Below, one piece after another: positions 43,408 through 53,812 of a DNA stretch of 64,000 nt. Source of the DNA: a virus (taxonomy: Duplodnaviria; Caudoviricetes); IMG/VR virus record IMGVR_UViG_3300044297_000138, positions 64,001 to 128,000 of that record. The stretch is one strand, 5' to 3'. Below the pieces are notes generated by a model, which ran no database searches, was not told where the DNA came from, and saw only the letters and a list, made by a program, of their open reading frames with translations. The position numbers and the translations under genes are program-made. How positions within the stretch are numbered: position 1 is the stretch's first letter; each line of letters opens with the position of its first letter.

Positions 43408-44093
43408 AAACTTGTATAGTAATGTCTGGACAATACAGAACTTTTGACCAGACAAGTGATAATATCAAAAAATTTATCAATATGAATTCGGCAGATGTTT
43501 ATTGTCATCTGTGGTCAACTGACGAAAGAGAAATTACTTATTTGGTTGACAAATTGAAGCCGAAGAAATATCTATCTGAAAATAATTTGAAATATGTTGA
43601 TACATTTGAATCAATTGAACAAAGAATATTACATAATAACCCAAAAGTACCAAATCAAGATCGGCTAGCGGGTAACGCTTCAATGAATTATGGTCGTAAA
43701 ATTGCATTTGATATGGTTCCAAAGGAAGAATACGATACTGTTATTTATTGTAGATATGATATAGGATTTGAACAGTTATTTAACTTCTCTAATGTAAATA
43801 AGATTATTGTTCCTTTTGCTGAATCATATAATTTAATATCAGATATATTTGCGATTATGCCAATGAAAATGGCCAATAGTTATTTTTTATATGACGATTA
43901 TGAAAGATTACATTCAACACCATGGGAACCAGAATTTCTGTATTGGTTGAGAAATGTTAAAAAATATCCAGAACAAGATGTTCAAACACATATACATACT
44001 AGATATTGTCCTCATTTAATGTTAATGCGTAACATTATTATGAACGGACACGATTTTGAAATAGTTAATATTCCAGTATTTTTACAAAGATGA
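43404..44093 (+). CDS. Putative glycan-biosynthesis protein
   Basis: CIVMSGQYR, DVYCHLW, YDTVIYCRYD; paralogue of next ORF. Confidence 0.6.
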   Translation: MKTCIVMSGQYRTFDQTSDNIKKFINMNSADVYCHLWSTDEREITYLVDKLKPKKYLSENNLKYVDTFESIEQRILHNNPKVPNQDRLAGNASMNYGRKIAFDMVPKEEYDTVIYCRYDIGFEQLFNFSNVNKIIVPFAESYNLISDIFAIMPMKMANSYFLYDDYERLHSTPWEPEFLYWLRNVKKYPEQDVQTHIHTRYCPHLMLMRNIIMNGHDFEIVNIPVFLQR

Positions 44094-44779
44094 AGATAGC
44101 ATTATGTTTTTCTGGTCAAGCCAGGTCATTTGAAAAAGGTTATGATTATTACAAAAAGAATCTACTAACACAATATGATGTGGATGTTTATATTCATTCA
44201 TGGAAATTTGAAGATAGTAATAAACTAGTTGATCTCTACAAACCAAAAGATTATCTGTTTGAAGATAAACTAATGGGTAATTATGATGTTTTATATACAA
44301 GAACACCCAATGCACAAAAATGGCCGCCAAGGTTTACATATAGTGCATTGTATTCAATGAAAGAATCATCAAAGTTAATTGATGGAAAATATGATTGGGT
44401 AATTAAAACAAGAACCGATTATGCATTGAATGTTGTTATTCCTTTTAGTGAATTAAATAATAACAAACTGTATATACCAAATTGCAGAATGGTACCAGAA
44501 AGAGATTTTGGTAATGACCAATTTGCTTTTAGTTCACAAGAAAACATGTTAAAATATATGTCAACGTTTGATTATGTTGATGAATACTATGAATCTGGTG
44601 TTGTGTTCATTGGAGAAGATTTAATGCAAGCCAATTTAAGAAAATATGGTTTGATTGGTGAGAATCTAGTATATGTAAATATGAATAATCCTTTTCCTCC
44701 TGGACCACATAACGGAACTTGGCACTCTTTAATTCGTGATGATTATGCAAGTTGGACCGAAACTAATACAAAAACTTAA
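44090..44779 (+). CDS. Putative glycan-biosynthesis protein
   Basis: IALCFSGQAR, DVYIHSW, YDWVIKTRTD, NDQFAF. Confidence 0.6.
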   Translation: MKIALCFSGQARSFEKGYDYYKKNLLTQYDVDVYIHSWKFEDSNKLVDLYKPKDYLFEDKLMGNYDVLYTRTPNAQKWPPRFTYSALYSMKESSKLIDGKYDWVIKTRTDYALNVVIPFSELNNNKLYIPNCRMVPERDFGNDQFAFSSQENMLKYMSTFDYVDEYYESGVVFIGEDLMQANLRKYGLIGENLVYVNMNNPFPPGPHNGTWHSLIRDDYASWTETNTKT

Positions 44780-45500
44780 AGGACATTCAGGTTCAGAGGT
44801 GAGTTTGAAAGAATGGCCAGGTGGCAGTCTATATGTTGAAAAAGTTGGAAACACAGAACGCAACTTGGAAAGAATGACTGCATTACATCAAATGGGTTAT
44901 CGTGTTCCGAAGATATACTATTCGGAAACAGATTATTTGTTGATGGAATATATTCATGGATTAGATATGAAGAACTATTTACTTCATAATAATGTCCAAC
45001 AACTATACAACTTTATAGTTGAAACAATAGATGATTTCTCTAACGATTCTGTAATGGTAGACTATACGCAAGTATACCACAAAAAACTTTCTTGGATGGA
45101 TGGTTGCAAAGAATTACCATTTACCAAAAAAGAATTGATTTCAAAATTACCAAAATCGTTGCCTAGATCCACCTATCATGGTGATTTCACACTAGAAAAC
45201 ATACTATACACTAATCCAGGATTCTGTATGATTGATCCTGTGACGATAGAATATGATTCTTATGTGTTTGATATTGCAAAACTTAGGCAAGACCTGGAAT
45301 GTAAATGGTTTCTACGTAATACCGATATGAAACTGGATACGAAATTGGAGATTCTTAATTCAAAATTAAGAAAGATGTATGAAGAATATATTAATGATTA
45401 TCTTTTGATTTTGATGTTACTTAGAGTGTATCTACATACTAAACCAGGTGATTCGGATCACCTATTCATTATGAAAGAGATTTACAGATTATGGAAATAA
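44745..45500 (+). CDS. APH/choline kinase-like phosphotransferase
   Basis: GHSG, MEYI, HGDFTLENIL, IDP, DIAKL. Confidence 0.8.
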   Translation: MQVGPKLIQKLKGHSGSEVSLKEWPGGSLYVEKVGNTERNLERMTALHQMGYRVPKIYYSETDYLLMEYIHGLDMKNYLLHNNVQQLYNFIVETIDDFSNDSVMVDYTQVYHKKLSWMDGCKELPFTKKELISKLPKSLPRSTYHGDFTLENILYTNPGFCMIDPVTIEYDSYVFDIAKLRQDLECKWFLRNTDMKLDTKLEILNSKLRKMYEEYINDYLLILMLLRVYLHTKPGDSDHLFIMKEIYRLWK

Positions 45501-46519
45501 TTGTACCTGCAGCTGGTCTTTCCACCAGATTCCCAAATATGAAACCGAAATATCTTTTGTATGATTACAAAGGTGATATGATGTTGATGAATGCTTTGAG
45601 AACCTTTCGTGAAAGAGGTTATAAAATGCACATTGGTATTTTGAAAGAACACGAAGAAACATACAATGTTATTCAACAAATTCAACATGAATGGCCGGAT
45701 AATATTAATTTTGTTGTTATTGATAAACCGACCAGAGGACCTGCCGATACAGTATATCAAATAATAAAATCAGCTGGATTACACATATCCGAAATTTTCA
45801 TCAAAGACTGTGACAGTTTTTTTGAACATGATATTACCGAAGGTGATAATTATGTTTGTATCTCCAAAATTTCACAACATGAAATCCTAAAGAAACTTGC
45901 ATCAAAAAGCTTTACAATTGCTAACGAAAATGGTATAATAACGGATATCGTTGAAAAAGAAGTGGTATCAGACACCTTCTGTGTTGGTGGTTATAAGTTC
46001 TCATCTGCAATGATGTATAAGAGTGCATTTGAACAGTTGAACACCGATAGAGAAGTTTTTGTTTCCGATGTGATTGGCCGTTGTATAAACAACTTGCAAG
46101 TTTTTACCAACAAACTAGTAACAGATTATGTTGATGTTGGTACCGCAAATGATTGGTTTGAATTCAATGATAAACCTGTAATCTTCTGTGATATTGATGG
46201 TACAATCATTGTTGCACAATCTAGATTGGATTTGGAAAATAAAAACAATCCGATTGCGTTACAAAAAAATATAGACAGACTATTGAAAATGCAAGAAAAC
46301 GGAGCACAATTCATATTCACTTCAGCAAGAGATAACAAATACAACTCTTTGACCAGAGAAATGTTATATAAATTGGGTTTTAAGAGTTTCAATTTAATTT
46401 GTGGATTACAAAACAGCAAGAGAATATTGATTAATGATTTTAATGAAGCCAATCCACACCCAAGAGCCGTTGCAATCAACCTTTACAGAAATGACGATAG
46501 ATTGAGTGATTTCCTATGA
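45491..46519 (+). CDS. Sugar nucleotidyltransferase fused to HAD-like domain
   Basis: PAAGLSTRF..KPK; DVGT; FCDIDGT. Confidence 0.82.
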   Translation: MEIIVPAAGLSTRFPNMKPKYLLYDYKGDMMLMNALRTFRERGYKMHIGILKEHEETYNVIQQIQHEWPDNINFVVIDKPTRGPADTVYQIIKSAGLHISEIFIKDCDSFFEHDITEGDNYVCISKISQHEILKKLASKSFTIANENGIITDIVEKEVVSDTFCVGGYKFSSAMMYKSAFEQLNTDREVFVSDVIGRCINNLQVFTNKLVTDYVDVGTANDWFEFNDKPVIFCDIDGTIIVAQSRLDLENKNNPIALQKNIDRLLKMQENGAQFIFTSARDNKYNSLTREMLYKLGFKSFNLICGLQNSKRILINDFNEANPHPRAVAINLYRNDDRLSDFL

Positions 46520-47211
46520 TTATACCAGATAAAAACCTATTCATTGTTACCTCAGCACTAAAACCTTTAGGTGGTGCATTTAGTGATGGCGAAAGATTCC
46601 AACAAACTGTTGATGGAATTAGGTCTATAAGAAAGGTTCTTCCGGATGCAATTATTGTGACTTCTGATGTGTCGGTCCGACCTCTATCGGAAATGGAAAG
46701 AAATGGGATTGCAAAACTATCAAATATATTTGTTGATATGTCACAAGATCAAGTTGTTATGGATTTATCTAACAAAGGAATGAAAAGTCTTGCTGAGAAT
46801 GTATTGTTATTCAATACTATTCAAACGTTAAGAAATTCACCAGAAACAGCACAAATGATGAGTTCTGTAAAAAGAATTTTTAAATTTTCGGCCAGAACTA
46901 TATTAGAAGATAGTTTTGACGCATCCGAATATGATGCCTTATTTGGTAAATTTGTTTTTAAAAAACGGATTCCTACATGGATGAATCCTCCTGTAATCTC
47001 AGACATTCTAATTACTAGGATGTTTTCTCTGTGTCCGTCTTTAATTGATACATATTTGAGTGTGGTTGGTCAAAATATACAAGCCATACAACAAGGATTT
47101 GATACCGAACATGCACATTTTCACAACATTCCAAAACAACATTTAGTTGAGTTTGATAAACTACATTGTCACGGATGGCTGGCTGGAAATGGTAAAATTG
47201 AGTATTATTGA
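46516..47211 (+). CDS. Hypothetical protein (possible glycosyltransferase)
   Basis: FIVTSA, ERFQQT, RIFKFSAR; ends glycan cluster. Confidence 0.55.
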   Translation: MIIPDKNLFIVTSALKPLGGAFSDGERFQQTVDGIRSIRKVLPDAIIVTSDVSVRPLSEMERNGIAKLSNIFVDMSQDQVVMDLSNKGMKSLAENVLLFNTIQTLRNSPETAQMMSSVKRIFKFSARTILEDSFDASEYDALFGKFVFKKRIPTWMNPPVISDILITRMFSLCPSLIDTYLSVVGQNIQAIQQGFDTEHAHFHNIPKQHLVEFDKLHCHGWLAGNGKIEYY

Positions 47212-47266
47212 CGCTATATATCGTTTCCAACATTTGTTTGGTTCTAGACCATACATTTAAATCTTA

Positions 47267-47274
47267 TATAAATA
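47267..47274 (+). promoter_or_regulatory. T4-type late promoter TATAAATA
   Basis: Exact consensus before ATG at 47316. Confidence 0.8.
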
Positions 47275-47315
47275 TACCGCTGGCAACCAAAGTGTGTTGC
47301 ATCCTAGAGGTACTA

Positions 47316-48518
47316 ATGTTAACTTTCAAGAGTTTTTTAAAAGAACAAACTGATCCTGAAGAAGGCGCAAGCCGCCAAATAAAACATCTAACACATGTTG
47401 AGGATCGTCCTTTGCAAAAGGGAGAATCTGGATTTAAACATGCCATCGGTTCACTAACGTCTGCGGCTGATCACATTGCAAAAGGTAAAAAGACTTCCGA
47501 ACTCACAACAAAATATGATGGTTCACCAGCTATTGTTTATGGTCATCATCCAAAGAATGGTAAATTTTTTGTTGCTTCAAAGTCAGCTTTCAATAAAACA
47601 CCAAAAATAAATTACACACCACAAGATATAGAAAAGAATCATGGCCATGCACCAGGTCTGGTTAGCAAATTAAAAGACGCATTAGAAAACTTACCAAAAA
47701 TTGCACCAAAAGAAGGTGTCTATCAGGGTGATATGATGTTTGGAAGTAGTAAGGGTGATAAAATTAAAGAAAAAGATGGCGGTCAGTCTTTTCATCCAAA
47801 TCCATCAGGACTAACTTATACTGCCCACGGTGATGAAGCAAATAAAGTTAAAAAAGCCAAAATTGGTGTTGTTACACATCTTTCATATCATGGTGATGAT
47901 GCATCAAATTTAAATGCATCACATGAAGTTAATCACGAAAAATTTCAACAACACCCGGATGTTTATTCTGTAGATCCAAGAATGGACACAAGTAAAGTTC
48001 ATTTCAGTCCAAAAGAAAAAAAAGAATTTGATAAACATATCAGAGCTGCACAAGCTTTACATGACACACACGGTAGTGACATGTATGCAGGCACAAGAGA
48101 TCACCAAGGTGTTGGTGGTCATTTGGAAACATATATGAATCATACGGTTAGAACCGGTGAAGAACCAAACCATGAAAACTTTAAAAATTGGCTTGAAACT
48201 AAGACAAACAAAGACATTGACAAACTAAAAGTTGAAAAGAACAAACAAACAAAACAAAAAGCTTTGTCTGATGAATTAGGTAAAGTCGAAAGAAACAAAA
48301 AACATTATAACAATCTTTTCAAATTACACAAGCATTTACAGAGCGCCAAGAATGTTTTAATAGGTGTATTAAATCAGCACCAAGAATTTCAACACAAACA
48401 CGCAGGTGAAGATGCTAATCCAGAAGGTTATGTTTTTCATCACAACAACGATTCAGATAAACTTGTAAATCGTGCTGAATTTTCTCGTAGAAATTTTGCT
48501 GGTATAAGGAACATTTAA
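47316..48518 (+). CDS. DUF6267-like protein with RNA/DNA-ligase-type motifs; putative internal head protein
   Basis: TTKYDGSP (KxDG), YQGDMM, PEGYVF, KLVNR; N-terminal MLTFKSFLKE. Confidence 0.6.
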   Translation: MLTFKSFLKEQTDPEEGASRQIKHLTHVEDRPLQKGESGFKHAIGSLTSAADHIAKGKKTSELTTKYDGSPAIVYGHHPKNGKFFVASKSAFNKTPKINYTPQDIEKNHGHAPGLVSKLKDALENLPKIAPKEGVYQGDMMFGSSKGDKIKEKDGGQSFHPNPSGLTYTAHGDEANKVKKAKIGVVTHLSYHGDDASNLNASHEVNHEKFQQHPDVYSVDPRMDTSKVHFSPKEKKEFDKHIRAAQALHDTHGSDMYAGTRDHQGVGGHLETYMNHTVRTGEEPNHENFKNWLETKTNKDIDKLKVEKNKQTKQKALSDELGKVERNKKHYNNLFKLHKHLQSAKNVLIGVLNQHQEFQHKHAGEDANPEGYVFHHNNDSDKLVNRAEFSRRNFAGIRNI

Positions 48519-48519
48519 A

Positions 48520-49494
48520 ATGCCAATGTCTTTTAAAGGATTTTTAATTGTTGAAGGTCGTGGCAAAATGACAGCTTCTGGTTCAGCTGGCGCCGAACAT
48601 GTAAAAAAATATGTCAATCCATTTATTGGTTCTAAAGATTATACACATACATTAGCTGCTGAACATGATGATTTGCCAGCAGGTTCACATGTTAAATTGA
48701 AATCGGTGTCAAATATAAACGGAAAATATCATGTTAATGCCGAAGATCAAACCGGTAATGAACATACAATTCCAATTTCAAAATTATTTAAACCAGGTGA
48801 AGCTCCTGCCAATAAAGGTCACGATTACGAAAGTAAATTTGTGGAAAGAATGAAAAAACACGATATTATGCCATCACATTTGTCTGGCGCAGGTTCTACA
48901 GCAGGAACAGATTTTGCTATTGAAAATAAAAAGAAGGGTGTTTTTCATCCGGCCACAGTTAATGGAAATTTGTTAAACGGCGAAACTAAAGATGGTGTTA
49001 CAGCCGCAATGGGACAACTAACAATACATTACACAAAAGAAAAAGGTTGGCACATTGGAGATAAAGCAAGAAACAACCGACCTTTATATGCAAAACAAAT
49101 TGAAAAATCTGGAATTTTGAAACATATGAATCAACATTTTTCCGATCCAGAAAAATCCGAAACTACAGCATCAGGTCGTGCAAAAACAGTAGAAATCAAA
49201 CACCCTAATTTGGATCCAGCCGAATCTTATTTACAAGATCATCATGTTCATGTATTACAGGTTGGTGGTCATGGAACATATAGTGTCGGAAAATCCGATG
49301 CAACTGGACACGGATTGCCAAGAATAAGCGGCAAAGGTGTTTGGAGAATTCGTGAAAAACAAAAAGGTAATAAATTTGCTAGAACTGTTGCTTTTCATCC
49401 TGACGGTAAAAAAGGATTAAATAAGAGTAATGTTGATTTAGATAATGACGAACACCTTTTTGCATTTAAGAAAACTATAGGACACAAAGATTAA
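48520..49494 (+). CDS. Hypothetical protein, possible PD-(D/E)xK fold
   Basis: GHDYES...TDF...GETK; N-terminal MSFKGFLIVE. Confidence 0.5.
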   Translation: MPMSFKGFLIVEGRGKMTASGSAGAEHVKKYVNPFIGSKDYTHTLAAEHDDLPAGSHVKLKSVSNINGKYHVNAEDQTGNEHTIPISKLFKPGEAPANKGHDYESKFVERMKKHDIMPSHLSGAGSTAGTDFAIENKKKGVFHPATVNGNLLNGETKDGVTAAMGQLTIHYTKEKGWHIGDKARNNRPLYAKQIEKSGILKHMNQHFSDPEKSETTASGRAKTVEIKHPNLDPAESYLQDHHVHVLQVGGHGTYSVGKSDATGHGLPRISGKGVWRIREKQKGNKFARTVAFHPDGKKGLNKSNVDLDNDEHLFAFKKTIGHKD

Positions 49495-51351
49495 ATGAAA
49501 TCGTTTTTAGAAAGACTGCAAGACGAATCTAAAACACAAAAGCCAGTTGTTATGGCTTTTGGTAGAATGAATCCACCAACTACAGGACATGAAAAGTTGG
49601 TGAATAAAGTTCATCAGTTGGCCAAAGATTACAATGCAGATCACAAAGTTGTCATATCACATTCTATTGATGCAAAGAAAAATCCATTGGATCCAAAGAC
49701 CAAATTAAAACATGCAAAACGTTTTTTCCCTGGTACAAACATTGAAACATCCGATAAAGAGCATCCAACTTTCTTGCAACATGCCGCCAAACTATTTCAA
49801 CAAGGACACGATCATTTAATTATGGTGGCTGGTTCGGATAGAGTTAAAGAATATGAACAAAAACTAAAACAATATAATGGAACTGCACAAGGTTCACTAT
49901 ATAACTTCAAAAAGATAGAAGTCAAATCTGCCGGACAACGTGATCCTGATGCAGAAGGAACCGAAGGTATGTCAGCATCTAAAATGCGTGAACATGCTCA
50001 AAATAATGATTTTAATAGTTTCAAACAAGGAATTCCTTCTCATGTTCCAGAAAAACATGCCAGGGAATTATTCCGTGATGTTAGAAGTGGCATGGGTTTA
50101 AATGAAAATACCAACCGTGGTATGTTTAAGGCTGTTTTTGTTACTGGTGGTCCAGGTTCAGGTAAAGATATCATTCTGAGAGAAGCCATTGCTGAACAAA
50201 AATCTATTGAAATAAATCTATTACAAGCCTTTCAATATCTAGCCGATAAACAAAAATTGTCCGAAAAGACTGATGATTACCGTAGAAATGCGATTCGTAA
50301 TCGTAAACCATTGATTATTAATGGTCCAGCAGATAAACAAAATGAGATGTTTTGGGTTAAGGAAGAGTTGGAAGAACTAGGATACGACACGATGATGATT
50401 TTTGTTGAATCTTCCGATGAAGTTAGCAAAATAAGAAATGAAAAATTAACAAAGATGATTGCAGAATCCACCAGAAAAGTAAAGTGGAAACAAGCACAAG
50501 AAAGTAAAGAACAATACCAAAACTCCTTTGAACAATTTATCAGTTTGAACAATAGTGGTTCTTTGGAAGAAATAGAAGAAGATATCACAGATATATACCT
50601 AAAAATCAATAATTTTATTGAAGTTAAAATACTGAACGAAGAAGCTTACGTATGGTTAGAAAACCACGGTAAGCTAAATAATATCATTAACCATTCTTTT
50701 GTTGAGGAAGAAAATCATGTTAAAAAAGATTCTAGATTTATTCAAAGGCTCAAAGAAAGCAGAGGAAAGCCATCCTCTGGACTTCACGGAAAGAACAGCA
50801 GCGGTCCAAGACTCTACTCAGCCGGAGGTCCAGCAGCCAGTGGTCCAGGAGATATCCCAGCCGACAACCGAGCAAGTGACTCAGGAACAGACGATATCAA
50901 GTGGAACAGAAACGCCAAGCGAGGAAGTTACATCTTTAGAACCTACACAGAAGCCAAAGAAGGGACGCTCAAAAAATTCCCAGAGCCAAAAGAAAGCAAC
51001 TTCAGCAAAGACAAAGAAAAAGTAAAGAATAAGAAAAACAGATTTGTTGACTCACCAACAGTTAATCAAAGAGTGAGAAACCAATCTGGAATAGGATCTG
51101 AATTTGACACTCGCCAACAGGGAACAGTATACCCTATGTCTGGATTAGGCGATGTTACTTACAGAGAAGAAAAGAATTTTAATAAATTTAGAAAAGTTAT
51201 TAATGAATATAATGGCTTCCAAAATGACCAGGAATCTGGTTTTGGTGGTACATTAGGTGGATCTGATAATAAAGAACCCATTGAGAATCCAAAAGACAAA
51301 GTAGGATATACCTACGACATAATAAAAAGAAAAAAGGCAGGCAAAAAATGA
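49495..51351 (+). CDS. HxGH nucleotidyltransferase + P-loop kinase-like fusion
   Basis: FGRMNPPTTGH, VAGSDRV, SASKMR; GGPGSGKD. Confidence 0.75.
   Translation: MKSFLERLQDESKTQKPVVMAFGRMNPPTTGHEKLVNKVHQLAKDYNADHKVVISHSIDAKKNPLDPKTKLKHAKRFFPGTNIETSDKEHPTFLQHAAKLFQQGHDHLIMVAGSDRVKEYEQKLKQYNGTAQGSLYNFKKIEVKSAGQRDPDAEGTEGMSASKMREHAQNNDFNSFKQGIPSHVPEKHARELFRDVRSGMGLNENTNRGMFKAVFVTGGPGSGKDIILREAIAEQKSIEINLLQAFQYLADKQKLSEKTDDYRRNAIRNRKPLIINGPADKQNEMFWVKEELEELGYDTMMIFVESSDEVSKIRNEKLTKMIAESTRKVKWKQAQESKEQYQNSFEQFISLNNSGSLEEIEEDITDIYLKINNFIEVKILNEEAYVWLENHGKLNNIINHSFVEEENHVKKDSRFIQRLKESRGKPSSGLHGKNSSGPRLYSAGGPAASGPGDIPADNRASDSGTDDIKWNRNAKRGSYIFRTYTEAKEGTLKKFPEPKESNFSKDKEKVKNKKNRFVDSPTVNQRVRNQSGIGSEFDTRQQGTVYPMSGLGDVTYREEKNFNKFRKVINEYNGFQNDQESGFGGTLGGSDNKEPIENPKDKVGYTYDIIKRKKAGKK
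50717..51025 (+). CDS. Overprinted 102-aa protein nested out of frame in 49495-51351
   Basis: GCTAAATA at 50673-50680, GAGGA RBS at 50704-50708, MLKKILDLFKG...basic tail. Confidence 0.6.
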   Translation: MLKKILDLFKGSKKAEESHPLDFTERTAAVQDSTQPEVQQPVVQEISQPTTEQVTQEQTISSGTETPSEEVTSLEPTQKPKKGRSKNSQSQKKATSAKTKKK

Positions 51352-52649
51352 TTAATCTTAACAAAAAAGATTCTGTTGCAGATTCAATAAAATCTATTTT
51401 AGAGAAAAAAGAGCTTTCTCCTAAACAGAAACAAATTGCTAAAATGTCTCCACCAGCAGATAAGATTGATGCAGGCGATTTAGCTAAGCTTCGTTCTGGT
51501 CAGAAACCAGTCAAAGAAGCAGCCAAAATGAAAGAAGAAGTGACAGACACACTAAAAGGTCGTGAAAAGAAATCTGCCGATCCTTATTTGTCTAAAAAAG
51601 TTAAGATTGCTGGTGATGTAAAAGAAGAAGTTGAACAAATTGAAGAAAAAGAAAAGTGGATTCAAAAGGCTATCAAAAAACCAGGTGCTTTACATAAACA
51701 ACTACATGTTCCTGCTGACAAAAAGATTCCTGCCGAAAAACTAAAGTCAGCTGCCGAAAAGGGTGGTAAACTAGGTAAGCGTGCCAACTTGGCCATGACT
51801 TTGAAAAAATTCAAAGAAGAAAACGAAGAACATTCAATCTATGACCAGATGATTCAGGAAGTTCTTTCTAAAGACGCAAAAGCTGGTGATTGGATTCACG
51901 ATTTCGTTCACTCTGATAATCCAAAGTTTGCTGGTAAGTCCAAAGAGAAGCGTAAGCAAATGGCTCTTGCTGCTTACTACGCAAAGCAACGTAATGAAGA
52001 AGTTGAACATGATATTTGTCCAGAATGTATGCAGGATCCATGCGTATGTGGTGGAAACCATGTTGAAGAATCGGTTGAACAGATTGATGAATTGTCAAAA
52101 TCAACTTTAGGTTCTTATGTGAAAAGTGCGGCAAGAGATGTTGGTGCTTCTCGTAAACTTTCCGCCGACTTCCAGAATCAGGCAGATAAGGCTAGAAAAC
52201 CTAGTTCAAAAGCAGCATCATCTAGTCTTTCCAAAAAATTCATGGCCACAGCCCAAAAGCGACATGCAGGTATTGGCAAAGCAGTCGAGCGTTTGACCAA
52301 AGAAGAATCTGAACAAGTAGAAGAAAACGCATTTGATTGGAAGAAACCAAAACCACCAGAATCAAAAGGTGGTTCAGGTGTTAAAGCTGGTCGTGCATAT
52401 GGTGGTGCTGCACAAAAGAGCAAACCAGAGCATGACGAACCAGAAGATAAAAAAAAAGTAACTGAATCTAAAAGACCAGAAACCGATAATGTTCCATTTG
52501 AAGGACCATACAATTCAACATCCAATCCGGTTATAACAGATAAATCTGGTGCAAAACATACACCAATGTCTAGAGTCAAACACTTGGCCAAACAAGCGAT
52601 GAAAAAAGTTAAAACTGAAATGCTTGGCAAAACAGGTACTTCTGAATAA
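51348..52649 (+). CDS. Modular putative internal head protein
   Basis: Basic modules separated by EEVEQIEE / ESVEQIDE linkers. Confidence 0.6.
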   Translation: MINLNKKDSVADSIKSILEKKELSPKQKQIAKMSPPADKIDAGDLAKLRSGQKPVKEAAKMKEEVTDTLKGREKKSADPYLSKKVKIAGDVKEEVEQIEEKEKWIQKAIKKPGALHKQLHVPADKKIPAEKLKSAAEKGGKLGKRANLAMTLKKFKEENEEHSIYDQMIQEVLSKDAKAGDWIHDFVHSDNPKFAGKSKEKRKQMALAAYYAKQRNEEVEHDICPECMQDPCVCGGNHVEESVEQIDELSKSTLGSYVKSAARDVGASRKLSADFQNQADKARKPSSKAASSSLSKKFMATAQKRHAGIGKAVERLTKEESEQVEENAFDWKKPKPPESKGGSGVKAGRAYGGAAQKSKPEHDEPEDKKKVTESKRPETDNVPFEGPYNSTSNPVITDKSGAKHTPMSRVKHLAKQAMKKVKTEMLGKTGTSE

Positions 52650-52658
52650 GGTATAGAA

Positions 52659-53777
52659 ATGACTAAAAAAGCAAAAATAGTCAAAGATGCAGTAAAAGGA
52701 TGTGGGTGCGAAAAACCCACATTCGGTACTGATCCTAGAGATCCTTGGTCTGCAAAGGCAAACATTACCGAAAGTGCTTTACTGAATAGATATTTAAAAT
52801 CTAGAGGTATCAATCCAGAATTTGCTTCTAAGGATACAAAAGTTGCACACTCAAAAACAAATGCATTTAAAGTTTGGGCAACTGCACATTTGAACGATCC
52901 AGTTAAAGAATCTATGTCGGATGAACATACACCGACAGAAAAAAGATTACATACTCTAAAAAGAGCTATGCACTATAATAAAGAAATTCGTGTTGCGGAT
53001 GGTCATAAACAACTACACTCTGAATCCGTAGATAAAGAAGATGTGATTGCTTTTGATATTCCTCTGTTAATTCGTATGTTTGAATATGCTCGTGAAGATG
53101 CAAAGACAGATATGGATTTACATAAGGTTGTGGAAAAATTAATTAAAATCCGCAAAAAAGGCACCTTGACGATGAAAGACTATAAGTTCGTTACTTCAAT
53201 TCGTGAAGAGGTGCAAAGTGCTGGTGTTCAGTTGAATGAATTGTCACCAGAACTTCTAAATCGTTACAGAGACAAAGCTGGAGAATCAGCCAAAGAATTG
53301 GCCAATAAAGGCGAATATAAAAAGTCTAATAAACGTTGGATGGGTCACATGAAGTCTACCGGAAAACAGATTGAAAAGATGTTCAATAAAGAAGATGTTT
53401 TCCATGGATCAACCGCAGCCACACAAATGCCTTTTGACGGCGCAAACAATCCGGACGATGTTATTCCTGCAAAACGCAAAAATGTGAAAGAAATGTCAAA
53501 ATCAGCAAGGATCATCAAATCCATTTACAAACGTAAGAATGTAAAAGAAGAATTGTATGACCATGAAAAAGAAGATAAATCTGTTGCAACCTACGGTAAA
53601 AAACCCAAGTTCCAAAAACCTGGTGTTGATAGTGAAACAAAAGAATCACCACAAGCCGCAGCAGTTTTAAGTGGTGGAAAGACTATGACAGGTGCTTCAA
53701 GAGACACCATTGAAATTGATCCTATGATGAAAACCAAAAAACAAGCAATTTTCGGCTCACAGAAACCAATTAAATAA
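52659..53777 (+). CDS. Modular putative internal head protein
   Basis: DIPLLIRMFEYARED module; VKE/LNE linkers. Confidence 0.55.
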   Translation: MTKKAKIVKDAVKGCGCEKPTFGTDPRDPWSAKANITESALLNRYLKSRGINPEFASKDTKVAHSKTNAFKVWATAHLNDPVKESMSDEHTPTEKRLHTLKRAMHYNKEIRVADGHKQLHSESVDKEDVIAFDIPLLIRMFEYAREDAKTDMDLHKVVEKLIKIRKKGTLTMKDYKFVTSIREEVQSAGVQLNELSPELLNRYRDKAGESAKELANKGEYKKSNKRWMGHMKSTGKQIEKMFNKEDVFHGSTAATQMPFDGANNPDDVIPAKRKNVKEMSKSARIIKSIYKRKNVKEELYDHEKEDKSVATYGKKPKFQKPGVDSETKESPQAAAVLSGGKTMTGASRDTIEIDPMMKTKKQAIFGSQKPIK

Positions 53778-53812
53778 ATACAACATAACCCTCGGTTAAA
53801 AGGAGAATAAGA

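Noticed and set aside
52178-52813. 211-aa minus-strand ORF and other antisense ORFs over core genes
   Set aside because: Shadow frames of plus-strand genes, with no RBS, promoter or recognisable motifs
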